Shown here: positions 12,250-25,630 of the stretch, in pieces
Layout: the number at the start of each line of letters is the position of its first letter
Numbering within the stretch: the first letter of the stretch is position 1
NCBI GenBank assembly: GCA_001938485.1
Contig: MQRK01201053.1
Coordinates: 52,745 to 102,347 of the forward strand
Direction of reading: 5' to 3'
DNA length: 49,603 nt
Source: Girardia tigrina
Taxonomy: Eukaryota
Notes under the pieces: model-generated
The model's database searches: none
What the model saw: the letters and a program-made list of their open reading frames with translations, nothing else
What the model was told of the DNA's origin: nothing
Position numbers and translations under genes: made by a program

Positions 12250-12900
12250 AGAATTTCAATATTGTTTAATTTACTGAAGGAAATGTCATTTCCAACAAGA
12301 TCAGACATTCTAGAGTGTATAACTAAGTGTAAATCCAAGCAGGAATCATTTAGCGTCTAAAAATACATAATTATCAAATTGCATTTCTACATTTACAACT
12401 GTTTTGCAAGCCAAATCGTCTGCTTTCGTGATGGTAAGAAAATATTTATTATAAAATTTTAGAATCAGACCAATTTTCCATTGCTTGCAATATATAAATA
12501 AATTTTTGATAGTTTAATGGGATATGCTCTTCTTTTAATGCTCCTCTTCCACTGGATTATGTTGTTAAAATTAATTTAAACAAATCCAAAAGTATCTTAA
12601 AAATTGACATATTTCCATATATTTATCTTGTAAGATATTGATGCTTTGAATGTTGACTTGATTTAATATTTGGTCTTAAAATGCTCCAAGTTTCTTTGAT
12701 TCATTCTCGTTGTTCTTGATCTGCATAGTTGTTAATAGTTATAAACAGAGGCAAGTAGGTCAATGTATTATGTACTCAAGTCATTCAAAGACCCATCTTA
12801 ATTTTACATCTTCACTACAGTGTAATGTTCATATTAGCGTTGGAAATAATCCCTTTAATATAGATGTCACCATGGGGAAATCTCATTTTCGCAAAGTATG
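12250..12900 (-). mobile_element. Possible highly decayed non-LTR reverse transcriptase remnant
   Basis: Minus-strand ADDL (~12410-12425) downstream of a QWKR motif (~12545); many stops. Confidence 0.25.
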
Positions 12901-14279
12901 GAACCAATCCGCCCTGAACAGTTAAATAAGTCCTCTTGCTATAATGAGGCTTTTAAAAGTTTATTTTAGCTTTTCAATAAGTTCAAAATAATTATCTTTG
13001 ATAGGGAGTGTTTATTAGAATTAAACGATGACAAGAGGTATAATAAATACTTTCTTAGAAAAATTATATCAAAAGATTCTAAAGTTTTACAAATTATGCT
13101 TATTACGCTTATATTTGTCAAAAAAAAATCATGAAATAAAAAACGGCGATTCAGCCACCTGATATTTACAGACAATAAAAAATAATCTTATGAATTCGAA
13201 TAATATTTTTAATCTGTTAACCGGGCGTTCTTCTCTGCTATTATGTTATTTATAATGGTCTCGCATTTATTTTAAGTACGTTTTAAGCTAGTATCTTTTA
13301 AATACGCAAAACTGACTTAATTATGTTTTATTCTTTGCAAGTTTAAGAGCACAGCATATATTTTGAGGGCAACTAAATACGTTCTTCCTATTTGTCACTA
13401 TACACGTATATACAGGTTAAATAAATCGTCAGACCAAGTTTAATTTTGATTATTTAAAATTTAAAAACAATTAATAGTCAATATTAAACCAAAAGTAGAT
13501 TCTATAAGCTTTTCTTCACCCGTTTTGTTTTCCTTTCCTCCATTTTCATCAATTAATCAAAATAGTTTCGTCTTTCACTGCATTTATAAGTTTTCAAGGT
13601 TGTGTGATTTTCACAAGTTTTAATATTAATCAAAACTTTATCTCTTCATCTATCCTGTTCATAGAACAAAATGTGGATATCTGGTTAAATTTATAAGATT
13701 CCAAGAATACGTTTCATCTGGATAATAATGCTATAAGAAGTTTTTTTAATATAAATCTATAGATTCTTGTATCTTGATACTTTCCAATGATAAGTTAATA
13801 ATAGATTTAAGTGATCTTTGAACTCAATTATGCATATTTAAAAGCAACAATTATAATCTTTTTTCCTTAATCATATTGTGAGGGATATTGGAATGATATT
13901 TGAATGATGTTGAGTGATGGTTGAATGAGTTTTCAAATATTTTTGAGACTGGTTAATTTTTGAAGCATGACATCTCTCCCTATACAATTGAAGTCAATTA
14001 TTGTCGAATTTTAAAATGTCTATTACTAATCGTATAATAAATTAATTGTTATTTAGCAATTAATAAAAATACAATTGTTTCAATCATAGTCAATTTTGTC
14101 AAATTTTTGAAGATTCAATAGAAGCAACAAATCATGCCCCAGACGCTGATAACAGATTATTTTATTCTTAATAAATCTTGTAATAAAACTTCGTTTGTTA
14201 ATTTATTTTAATACATATTATAACAGGCAATTTTAATTACCACAAAACATAATAATTCACATTTATGCCCTCACTCCCA

Positions 14280-14285
<6 letters not shown>

Positions 14286-14335
<50 letters not shown>

Positions 14336-14385
14336 NNNNNNNNNNNNNNNNNNNNNNNNNNNNNNNNNNNNNNNNNNNNNNNNNN

Positions 14386-14422
<37 letters not shown>
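14286..14422. repeat. (TA)n microsatellite containing an N-gap
   Basis: Direct inspection. Confidence 0.9.
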
Positions 14423-14425
<3 letters not shown>

Positions 14426-15026
14426 TCAGGTGCAAAAGTTTCTGAACGTTTGTTGTTAAATTGTCATATATATTCATAATGCTTGCAGAAGGCAACATGA
14501 TCTGAAATATGTTTTGCAGATAGCAATGGTTTTTTGGCTGACTTTGATGACTTGAGACCTTCATCAGCCAATCTGCGACGGATTGCAACTGCTGCAACAG
14601 CCTACTGCGAAGTTGCACTGCTGTAACATGAGGGGTTCTTTTAGCCTCCTGTAAAATTTTTCTGTCGTCTCTTTCACTGGTTGACCTTGGACGACCAGAT
14701 CGAGATCTTGAACATAAGGAATCAGTCTCCCTTTTTCTCTGAACAGTCCAATAGAAACATTAGGAGTTGTAGATATTTGTCGATAAGAAACGCCGTGCTT
14801 CTGCAATGTCAAAACTGCTGCACACTGTTCTGTTGTTAGCTCCTTGCCACGGACAGGCATGATTATAAAATAAATAATGACAATTTATAACTTGAAAATT
14901 AATAAAAATAAAATATGCATTTAATCATTTAAATGGTTTATGTATACTTAACAAGGAATACACAAACATGCAGTGCAACAACAAAAAGCAGTATAGAAAC
15001 AAGCGTTCACAAACTTTTGCATCTGA

Positions 15027-15029
<3 letters not shown>
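14423..15029 (-). mobile_element. Internally deleted Tc1 element inserted in a (TA)n tract
   Basis: TIRs CAGTCAGGTGCAAAAGTTTCTGAACG / CGTTCACAAACTTTTGCATCTGACTG. Paired-like HTH MPVRGKELTTEQ...GVSYRQIS. (TA)n on both sides. No DDE domain. Confidence 0.9.
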
Positions 15030-15062
<33 letters not shown>

Positions 15063-18000
15063 CAGTAATGATAATAATCGAATCATCCGAGTTAATCGTT
15101 CTATAGTCACCTCACAAGACAATGAATTAGATATTAAATTCATAAATTTGTGATAGATTTTCAAGTGAGAACGATCTGAATATTATCATCCTTAAATTGT
15201 CACATTTTATTGAATTTGTGATCCAGTTTTCGCCTTATGTCCCCATATTCCCAGCTCCATTTCTGGTACAAAGTTGCTACACAGTCCCGAATGAAAGGCA
15301 AATAGTATATATGTAAGTCATCTAATCCAAAGTGCTATATTTAGAAAAACAAGATAAAATAAATATATTAGATTGCAATTCGTTTTTTCTAAAGTAACTG
15401 ATGCAAGTGTTTCATTAGCTTTGTCATATTTTATTCCGTCTTGTCCGTTTTCTAGTTTTATTGAGTTTATTTTATTCGGTGTCACACACTTCAAGACACC
15501 ATTTAGGGTTAGCTTTCTTTTTTAATTGTACTATAATGGACTCGCTACTTGATCGTTTCAACGTCATTCTTCCAAAGTCTTATTGTTCAAAGGTCAATCA
15601 AAATATCGTTTCTTTAGGTTACACTAGGTTTTCTTTGAGTAGTAAATTTGATAAAAGTTCCATAACAACGCAACTGACAATGAAGAAATGTAATATGCGA
15701 TCGAATCTCCAAGTAATATTATAAAAGAGGAATATCGGGCATTCCATAGATATTTAGTATAATAAAAATGAATTGTTTCTTTGAGAATAAAAATGCATTT
15801 TTATATTTTAATTAGCAACTTTTTACTCATCTTCGATTCATCTTGAAGATTTCAGTTTTGTAGAATAATTTCGATCAGATTTTTGTTGTTCTATATGAAG
15901 TCTCTAAGAGGAAACTCTGGAATTTCTCTTCTATAGTATTTTTAGATTTGGATGTACTTTGACAATAGTAAATATTGTAAAATTCGGCCCTCCCTAATAA
16001 TGTATATTGGGTACGTAACGAGAGATAAATAATTACAATCAACATGTTTTATCAGATATAGTTTTAATATTTTTTTGTTATTTTAATACACGTATTCAAT
16101 GATGAATAAATATGACAGGAATAAAAATATAAATAAATAAAATAATCTCATTTAAATATTTGTATAAAAAATTAATTAAATGAAAATAAGATTGCGATTG
16201 AAAACAAATATAGAATCATTCATCGATGAGCTTTGTGTGGGAAAAATTCATTCTTCCGACACATGCACACAGACGCACACACAGACCCGCATACACACCT
16301 TTACCGTGTTTTGTGACATGATCTGGCAGCTGCCATGTCATCCAGGCACATGTGCTTTCTGGGCACTTTTCACCGGTTGCTATGACTGGCCAGGTACACT
16401 GAATGATGTCTGAGTTTATGGCTGGTTATAGAGTGGTGTCTTTATCGAGTTCACACTTGCATTTCCTACATCAGAATCTGTGTGCCCCAATATTTGTACT
16501 TATTTGTGTTATGTTAGGCGATCATATTGTATCAATATTGTATTCCATTGAATTCTTTGTTATCATTTCAACAACTCTTCATTGAAAGAAAAAATTAATA
16601 TTTAATTGTCTTAAGTTACTGATTTATCTTCTGTAAAGTAGTTTTCTAAAAGATTATTTTCAAATCGATTTATTAATATTTTAGGACACCTATCCCTCAG
16701 ATTTCGTTGTTACCTCACCCAGACTCTTCCGTCCTTTTCTCCACACACTTTAGCTTCTTATATAAAATTCTTTTTTGTCCAGTTTTAATTTATTTAAAAA
16801 ATACATTATATTCGAAAACTTAGATTTTATATGATGAAAAATCGGAATTATTTTTAAGGGAGGATTTATCAGTTAATTAATTTAGTAAAATATTTTTTAA
16901 TAATATCAATGGTGTGAGATATTATAAAATTAAACTTAAATTAATTAAATAAAATATTACATAATCAACAAATTTAGAATAATTCTAAATTTGTATTATA
17001 TAACTATTACGGGGTCGAGAGCAGAGTTAACTTTTGACTCTCCTTTTATTCTGTATGTAACTGATGTATGTGTGTTTGTGATTTTATTAAATATATTTTA
17101 GTGCAGATCTTTTGTCTTCTAACAAAAGGAAAGGAAATGAAGCATTTTGAAACTTTTGTTGTTCCTCTTTTTTCCTTTTTTACTTAATTACTTTTTATTA
17201 AACAATTCTTCGACGTTTTGGTGGTTTTCTTTTTTTATTTTTTTAAAACTTGTTATACTTTTAGATTGAAATCTTTCAACGACAATAATATGTGAATTAG
17301 TGTTATTATTAATTTTTAATTTATTATTGTTTTTCAATCACCATAAAGTAATTTGAACATTATTTATTTTTGATTAACATGACAACCTACTTTATTTTTC
17401 TTATAATAAATATATTGATGTTTAAAAAACAATTAATTGCATTTGATAAACATCATAGAAAAAACAATATATAAAAGGAAATGTTATAAAAAATATGAAA
17501 CCTAAAATATAAATTTGTAATAAAAAATAGATGTTATTACTAATTGATGTTCATCTATGGTCTCATAAGGATATAAATATTTATTTAATGGTTTCTTTTA
17601 TTACGAAAATAATAAAATTTCATTATCTTTTTAGGTGAATGAAAGGGAAATAGTTTTCTAAATTTGTATCGTTTTTGCAATGTATAAAAGTCTGAGAATT
17701 AATTATTAATTTAAAATGAATGAAAAATAAATTTTTATTCATTAATTCAGGGAACTGATTTTAATTTGTATTTTTACTATATAACCATTTTCTAATAATT
17801 TATTTATTTTTATAATACTTTATTCCTTGGTGTCATTCAGAAATTTGTTCTGAAATTGTAATTATCGTTTCAATTCTTTATTATAGGATGTATAGATCAT
17901 TTTTTATAACATTTTCCATTTATAAAATAGTCATAATCCATCATGGACCGTCAAAAACAAAAGAATAAAGTTGTTAAATAAACATTTGTTGTATACTTTA

Positions 18001-18169
18001 AGTTTATGTATAATTTACAAAAGATTTACCGTATGTTGCTATCAAGATTAATCACTGATTTTTTTATATCATGTTTCGAGATCTATGTTATTTATATTTT
18101 ATAGTAAATTGCAAAAATTGTTTTATAAATAAAACTTCGATTTAACATTTTAGTTTCAAGGTTCTTGTA

Positions 18170-19483
18170 TTAGGTTGTCCCAGAAGTTTGCGGAATATAT
18201 TTTGTTTGCTTTTTAATGGCTTTGCATAAATGCCATGATTAGGACACGATTTTTGTTGCAATTAAGTTCTTTTCTCGAGACGTTTTGTGAACGTATGGCT
18301 TGTATATGAAAATATTTTAAAACAATTTGCGTAATTTTTATGCTATTTTATCATTTTCTTTACTCTGTTAGGTTATTTTTCCATATTTTTGAGTTCTAAA
18401 TTTATGATTCAAAAAATAATTTTAATTTATCAACCCATATTATAAATTGTTTTTACATATTAGTGTAAAAGATGTGAATATTTCAAATGAATTTGTACTT
18501 TATATCAAGCTCGTAGTACGAAAATATTGCTTGAAATACTAAAAGTAAAGCCGTCTGCATCGCAACACTTGCATAATTTAGCAAATCAAGTTGGAACAGA
18601 TAAATTCTTAACTGATAAGTGAATGGTTTAAGCGTTTTAAAGACGGCGATTTAAATCTAGAAAACGAACCTCGTTCAGGCCGACCAAAACATCGTTAATT
18701 TTTTCATTTAATCACTCACAGATTTATTAGTTGAATTTAAAATTTTCAAAGAAACAATCATTCCTTACTTTTAGAGGCATGATTTCGCCTTGCGAAGATC
18801 TCTACGAATTCACGGAAGCACAGGTCGTCTAAAGAGTCGATCTATCTGAATTTTCTAAAAGTCTAAATGACAGGTTTTCAATGAAAAGTAATGAAGAATG
18901 TAAAATGTGTCTTATTGATCAATTACAAATAACAATTCCAGTGATGGACATTGTGGAGTAAATATTATGCCATGATAGAGTTTGCAAGAAATTTATAATC
19001 TGTTTTTGGGAAACTTTGATAGACTGTTACTTCTTACATTGATGCAGAGGTTTACTACCAACAATTGTAAAGAGTCAACTACAAACTTGTGCAGAAGTAT
19101 CAAGGTATTGTTTCAAGGAAGGGTGCTCTGTTTCTGAAAGACATTACCCAGCCACACACAACGAGAAAAGCAAATATAAAATTAAAAAAACTGAGTGTCC
19201 TTAAGATTCTGTAACATTCAATCTGTAGTCCAGATGCTACTCCATCAGATTAAAATCTTCCGCTTAATAGAACACTTTCTTGAATTTCAAAATGTTAAGG
19301 AAGCATACCAAGAATATTTTGATTCAAAAGACTCAGAGGGGTTTATTCACCAGATTCTGAAGATTCATGATATATTGCAAAAAGTAGCAGATAATGAAGC
19401 GTTATATTTGGAAGTTCTATTTGTTTGCAAATAAATTATTAAATATATTTTTTTAATTTCTGTGGAGTTGTTGGACAGTATTA
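18170..19483 (+). mobile_element. Full-length but degenerate mariner (~1.3 kb)
   Basis: Left TIR TTAGGTTGTCCCAGAAGTTTGCGGAA; degenerate right TIR ~19458-19483. WFKRFKDGDLNLENEPRSGRP and HSICSPDATPSD (YSPDL motif) plus mariner C-terminus. Confidence 0.85.
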
Positions 19484-19669
19484 TATTTAGATTGCGAGTC
19501 TGTCACAATGACTTTGATTGAAGTTTTATTATGATTCCATTGTCTCACTCCTAAAGCTTTCTTCCTGTCTTTCATTTGTTAATCTGATTTACAAAATCCG
19601 TTTTTGTTTTCATTAATTGGTTCTTCTGAATTTAAGTAAAATAATATCATACCAAAAAAATTTTTGGTG

Positions 19670-20338
19670 TACAAGCTTTTATAATTTGTCATATATTTGC
19701 GGTTCTGTATCTATTTCACCCACTTCCCACATTTCTTTGACTGAATTATCAAAGCCTACTAGGCGAAAACCCACTTTCTATTTGCATTTAGATGTAGCAA
19801 ATTTCAAAGCCTACTACTGAAGAAAACATGAGAACGACACTTTAATTACTTTTTTGCGGCCAAACTAAAGGCGGTAGATGAGCAGTGACAGTGAAAAAGT
19901 GTATTGTCACCTAGAATACATCCATCCTGAAAGTTTCATGTNNNNNNNNNNNNNNNNNNNNNNNNNNNNNNNNNNNNNNNNNNNNNNNNNNNNNNCAGAC
20001 AGACAAACAAATGAAACGTAATAAAAGCTTGTAATAATAATAATTATTATGATTTGGTAATTTGGTAGAGTTTGAATTTTATTCATGAAAATAAACAAAA
20101 GGATTGCTATGTAATACAGTGTATAAATTTGTAGATAACCGTAAGTGGTTTTTTTGCAAAATAAATTAAAAAAAATATTTTTTTTCAAAAATTTTCCAGG
20201 AAAAGTGTATTGTCATCTAGAATACATCACTCCTGAAAATATCAAGTCACCAGCACAACGGGAAGTCCGGTGAAATTTCGATCGCAAGATTTGATCCATA
20301 CAGACAAACAAACAAACGAAACGTAATAAAAGCTTGTA
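19670..20338 (+). mobile_element. Non-autonomous element resembling Helentron/DINE-1-type (HINE), with a duplicated 3' module
   Basis: Inverted repeats TACAAGCTTTTA (19670) / TAAAAGCTTGTA (20022 and 20327). CAGA/CAAA microsatellite before each 3' copy. ~140-bp direct repeat 19893-20034 vs 20200-20339. Confidence 0.5.
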
Positions 20339-20890
20339 AAAAACGACTTCTAAATTGTTTTTAATAATATTTTTTTATTGTTTGTTTTATTTACAATTCA
20401 CTGTACTGTTTGCGATACAAAGGTTGCTGCTGGTGGCTGTCTTCGTTAACACAGATTGCAATCAACAACATTTTCTGGTCTCTCTTGTAAAGTTTCCTTT
20501 TTCCTTTACCAAAGTAATTTAAATGAAAAAGTATAATAAATGAAAGAAATTTAGTAAATCAGAAATGAAAAAATATTAGACATAATTAAAATAATTTTAT
20601 AAGATAAACCAATATGTAAATAATTTACACTATTTTTATTTAGATATTTTCAATGCAGTGTGTTGCTTCAAATAAATAATTGATTAATTTTCAATTAAAA
20701 TTAATTGTTATTAAAAAATAATATGAATGAATGAATGTTTTTTTTGAGGATGACATTCTATTATAGACATAAATTAGGTATTATTTGCGATTAATATTTA
20801 TTTTATTTTCATAATTACTTTAACCATTGAAATGATTATTAATAAAAAATGCTTTAATAAATCTATGAAATGTTATTTTTACAATTTTAG

Positions 20891-21451
20891 GTATATGAAA
20901 AATTTAAAAGACATTGCTTATCGAAATTGCAATGCAAATTTCTGGATGTCATCCACGAAAATCCGGATTTAATTTGGTCGCAAGCAATATTTAAATTGAT
21001 CGAAATACATCCTCATAAATCCTGGACCATAAATGGGGGAACAACACCCATCCATATAAATGGCAATAAACATTCAAATGATGCCAAACATGATGATAAT
21101 TCTTTTTTAAATAAAATGGTGAAGGAAATTAACAAACAAGTTGTTTTTGATGAGTTTCCGATTTCCCAAGATGACGCAAATATTCGTGAGGAATGGATTA
21201 AAGATTACTTGTCGTTTCTGGGATCTAAGAATGAATATGAATGCATAATTGAAGAGGTTGTCCACAAACCATGTAATGTAACTTTAATAAACCGAGCTCT
21301 CTCAGATAAAATCCCATCCAACAAAATTGAAGAACTCTCACACAATTCTCATCGATTTTTCATTGCCATTCTTGGAAATAATTCCAAAAATTATGTATCT
21401 TTCAAACATTTTGTTTCATCCCCTTTAACAAATCTACCTTTAAAAATATGC
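20891..21451 (+). CDS. RhoGAPp190: p190RhoGAP exon (last FF repeat and start of pseudoGTPase pG1)
   Basis: Acceptor ttttag ends 20890, phase 0. VYEKFKRHCLSKLQCKFLDVIHEN resembles the human FF3/FF4 junction; RFFIAILG resembles pG1 strand RINLVILG. Donor gtaagt at 21452. Confidence 0.82.
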
Positions 21452-21499
21452 GTAAGTAATTTTATATCTTTTTTATGATAATTTAATGGAATACTTTTG

Positions 21500-21710
21500 T
21501 CTCTTTATTATCTGTTTTAATGAAAAAAATTTTCTGATACTAAAATCAATGTACAAACTCCATCTTCAGATTTATTGAAAGTCTTTTATGATTTAGTTAA
21601 TACATAATAATTTAATGAACATCGTTTTAGTATATAAATGACGATATATAATTTATTTTAGTTTTATCTGAAGATGATGGCGAATCCATCGAAAATAATA
21701 GCAATATATT
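21500..21710 (+). mobile_element. Penelope-like element 3' end with decayed hammerhead
   Basis: DTKINVQTPSSDLLKVF (~21536-21590) is homologous to the GIY-YIG tail at ~29925. CTGAAGA-T-GATGG-cgaat-CCATC-GAAA at 21668-21694. Confidence 0.7.
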
Positions 21711-21916
21711 TTTCTGAGTATTATTGTACTTTTAAATTTTGTTTTAGTAGAATTCTTTGACATATTATGGATATTGATGTCAGTAATATTTTTAATTACA
21801 TCTAGCTTTTAATATTGACAATACGTGCTTTGTCAAATAAAGTGTTATGTGAAAATACGCAAATCCTAAATTAATTAATGACCGAATACGTGTTTTCACA
21901 ATACGTGTTTTCGTAT

Positions 21917-22207
21917 TGTGACGAATATTGGGAATGTTGATGTTTTTGTGTAGCGTTTGCATGTTTGAATGTTGTGTGTTCATTTGGGATTGTGTCTCTT
22001 CTAATCAGATGGATGATCAATATTTTAATTCTTATAATGTGAAACTAATTTATTCAAATTTTTAATTTTTATTATTGTAAATTTTAAATAATTTTATTAA
22101 TTTTATTTTTGTAATTTTTGAAATAATTAAATCAAATTTGTGTTTTTAAATGATTATAAAAAGTAATTTTATTTTAACCAATAAATTTACAGTAAATATT
22201 TTAAATA
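21917..22207 (+). mobile_element. Solo LTR (TGTGAGGAAT family)
   Basis: Colinear similarity with 6158-6426 (TTTGAATGTTGTGTGTT, TTGTGTCTCT, AT-rich tail). Confidence 0.6.
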
Positions 22208-22493
22208 AAATAATTCTTTTCAAATTAGTTCAGATTTGGGATGAGAAGTATTAAACATTGAGTAATTTAAGTGAGAGCAAAAATATTTATTGTCATAGAG
22301 ATGATCAAAATTGTGAATGTAATAAATGTTCTATCAAATGTGTGAGTTTTCTTAACACGTATAATCCAAAATCACAGTTTCATTTCTTCTATCGAGAATC
22401 TGTAAAATATCCTTAAAGTTTTCAGTTACAAATAAAACGTTTGACATTTATTTTACAAATTAAAATAACATATTTTTTAGGCAGGTCGCAATT

Positions 22494-24190
22494 AGGGTAT
22501 GGGGAGACTCGGATATACCAGACTCATTGAGTCCGAGTCCAATTATGTCAGACTCGCCGAGTCAGAGTCTGAGACCGATTCTTTTACTTTTGTTCTATCA
22601 AGAATCAATTTTTAAAACATATTCTTTTTTTTGGAAACAGAAAAAGTTCTTTCAGCATTTTTTGACGTTGGTTTATGTATTGATTTATATTATTTTTCCA
22701 AAAAATTCATTCTTTGTTTGGAAAATATCTCAATACATGCAAAAAAAATGTTTTGTTTAAAAATTAAATTTAGGTGGGGAAGTAAATAAATTAAACCAAA
22801 GCCTTTTTAAACAGTATTTATTAAAATTCATATTTAAAAGAATATTGAAATAAAATAATACAGAATCATTTCAAACAGTACAATTTATATTTAAAATAAC
22901 AAGTGAATAAAATAATACAAGTCTTTTTATACAGGATTGTTAAATTGTTTATTTTTATTTAAAAAGTAAAATTTTAAGAACACTAATGCATTTAACGATT
23001 CATCTGATAATCGTGATCGGATTTTGCTGCAAAACTTGGTGGCAGCAGAAAAGGTTCTTTCAGCATTTATAGATTTTGATTTAATAGTTAATATTGCATT
23101 ATTTAATTTTTCTAATAAATCCGTTGTTTGTTTGGTACTGTTGAATAATCAAAATTCTTTGTTTCCAGCTGCTCAAGTTTTCCTCATAATATGTGCATGT
23201 AGGAGAATTAACATATTTCAACAAATTGTCTAGATCCTTTTCCAACGTAATTACAGGTACATTATCATTTGAGGTACTAGAACTAGGTTTCTCAATGATG
23301 TTTTCTGATGGAAAATCTTTGTTGTCATCAAACAATCTTTTGCCTATCTTAATATTGTATAAAAGTATTTGTTTTGAAGGCATAGTGCCTTTAGTCAGAC
23401 ATTCTAATAATTCTTCTAATTTCTTGTTCTTTTGACAATTTAATCGAAATTGCATTGCAGTTAAAATCTCTTTACTTAAAGTATCATTTATTTCTTGTAA
23501 TTTTTCCAGCATAAATGTTATTACTAATCGTCCAGTAGAAATGTTAGGATTATCTCTGCTAAGGACTTCCACTGTTAATTTAATCGGTTTTAAACATTTT
23601 TTCAACTCCTAACAATGGAATATTAATGTTTTTTAATAAAATCAAATTAAGTCTTTGAGGGTTTCTTTAAAAACAGGAAATACGTTTAAAACACTGTAAT
23701 CATCTCTAATAATAAATTCCATCTAAGACTAATTGCAATTCTGATCCTCTGCTTTTTTTTAAATGTTCTTGTAGAATATCTTTTCGCATTGTGGATTTTT
23801 TAAAGTATTTGATGATTTTCCTAACGGTTTCAATATTATAATATAAATCACAAGTTTGTTACTTAAAATTTCTCTTTCTCTTCAGCTTCACAGCCATCAG
23901 TTTCTTCGGAATAAAAATTTTTTACTGTATAATATTTTTTAGCGAAACATTTTCTGTTGATATTTAGACTACTTTTAATATAATTTCATTGTGATTAGCG
24001 TCATTTATAATATTTTTAACTTTTGAAAAATTAAAAAGTGAAAAGTTTGCAAAAGTAAAAAAAATGCATATATAATTTATGCATGCACTTTCAAATTTTA
24101 ACAAAAACCCGGACTCGATGAGTCTTAGACCGAGTATGGGTCCGAGTACTCAGACCCGAAAAGTCATTTTGTGACTCGCAAAGTCATTTT
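22494..24190 (-). mobile_element. Deleted hAT DNA transposon with transposase C-terminal and dimerization remnant
   Basis: ORF 23099-23605 (CLKPIKLTVEVLSR) and SINAERTFSAATKFCSKIRSRLSDESLNALVFLK at ~22975-23075. TAGGG end at 22495. GACTC/GAGTC subterminal repeats at both ends. Confidence 0.85.
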
Positions 24191-24234
24191 GCTTTTTTTA
24201 ATGAAATACTATTTTTATAGTGTATAAACATTTT

Positions 24235-24560
24235 ATTCAATTATATATTCTTCATTTTTGACCAATACCTTTTACCATCTTTCGGGTAGGAGAATGATTT
24301 CACGCTCATAAATCTTCTTATCTCCACCGGTAAAAAATTGATCCAAGTGATATTTGATGTCCTGATTTGAAGTGAAGGTCTTCCAGTCCGAAATCTTTTC
24401 CTGATATCGCAAAATGTAATAGTCTGAAAGTTATGTGAAGAATATATTGGATGTGATACTACATGTTCGTTTAAAAGTTTAGTGAGTTACCGAACTTGTT
24501 AGACATGATAAAACACTATACTTTTTCTAATGATCAATTTTGGATTTTAAAGTGACTTTT
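24235..24560 (-). mobile_element. mariner transposase C-terminal remnant
   Basis: KTFTSNQDIKYHLDQFF...LLPERW*KVL..NEEYI; HPIYS motif. Confidence 0.75.
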
Positions 24561-24714
24561 TTGCAACTGATGTGCTTTTATTTGGAGACAATCTGTTATT
24601 TATTGCGTTAAAATAACTCGTAAAGGTGAATCAGATTAACGATTGAGTTATGTTTCCCATTATTTATTAACGATTTATTAACTGAAGAAATTATACAACT
24701 TCTAATTTTAGGCT

Positions 24715-25630
24715 GATTACCAGAAAATAGATTAGCAATCAAAAACAAAAATGTACACTGTGGAAAAGAAACCAAAAGATAGAATTGCAGTTCTTGTCTG
24801 TGCTAGTATTACCGGTGAAAAGCTTTCCTTTCTGGTAATTTGGGCACCTGAAAAAAACTCGCTGCTTCAAAGGAGTGTCGAAATTGCCAGTATCATACTA
24901 AGCAAACCGGAAAAGAGATATGTCTAGTTTATTGTTTGACAAGTGCCTGAGGAAATTAGATCCCAAGATGATGAGGCGCAGCAGGAAGATAAAAAGCGGA
25001 GCCCATCCACGCATCCAAGACCTTGAAAATGTCGAACAATCTACACTTTCAAGTTTCATTACAAGAAGAGAGTACGGTTAAAAAAATTAACATCGTTTGA
25101 GACGAATTGAAACTTTTTCTTCTCTCTACTTGATGCCATCTTTGCATTACGTCTAGCATGTAACATCATTCCATCAACTGATTTCCTCTTTGTCACTGTC
25201 AAGTTCCAAACAACGATGAACCTTTATAGCAATATGCTTCTCTTCGGTGGCAGTGATGCAGAGGATATGAACGCATCTGGAAATATTTTTGAGACTATAC
25301 GAATGCTTCTCAATATTCCTCCTTTATTTCCTCAAGGGATATATAGAGGCAGAAGATCAATTGGAAGTTAGTTCTCTCTTGACTGAGGAAGAAATTGTTA
25401 AGAGCATGATGGCTCCTGATGATATGTTAGATGATGAAGTTGATGTTGGTGATGCAGAAGAGATTCCATTGACCAGATCCTTGACTCACTCTTCATCATG
25501 CAAACCTGATCAAAGAAAGCGGAAGGAGTTACACTGCAAAGACTTAATGTTCTCACTTACCTTGAGAATTTGTAATCGAACACAATAAAATACTAAACAA
25601 AAAGTGATCACGGAGTATTTTGTAAATAAT
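24715..25630 (+). mobile_element. Tigger/pogo-family (DDE_1) transposase remnant
   Basis: DRIAVLVCASITGEKL..LVI, RCFKGVSKLPVSY*AN, acidic C-terminus LTEEEIVKSM. Frameshifts and deletions. Confidence 0.8.

Noticed and set aside
21662-21717. Possible next p190 exon after tttag
   Set aside because: The sequence is the PLE hammerhead, and 21451 splices convincingly to 28712.
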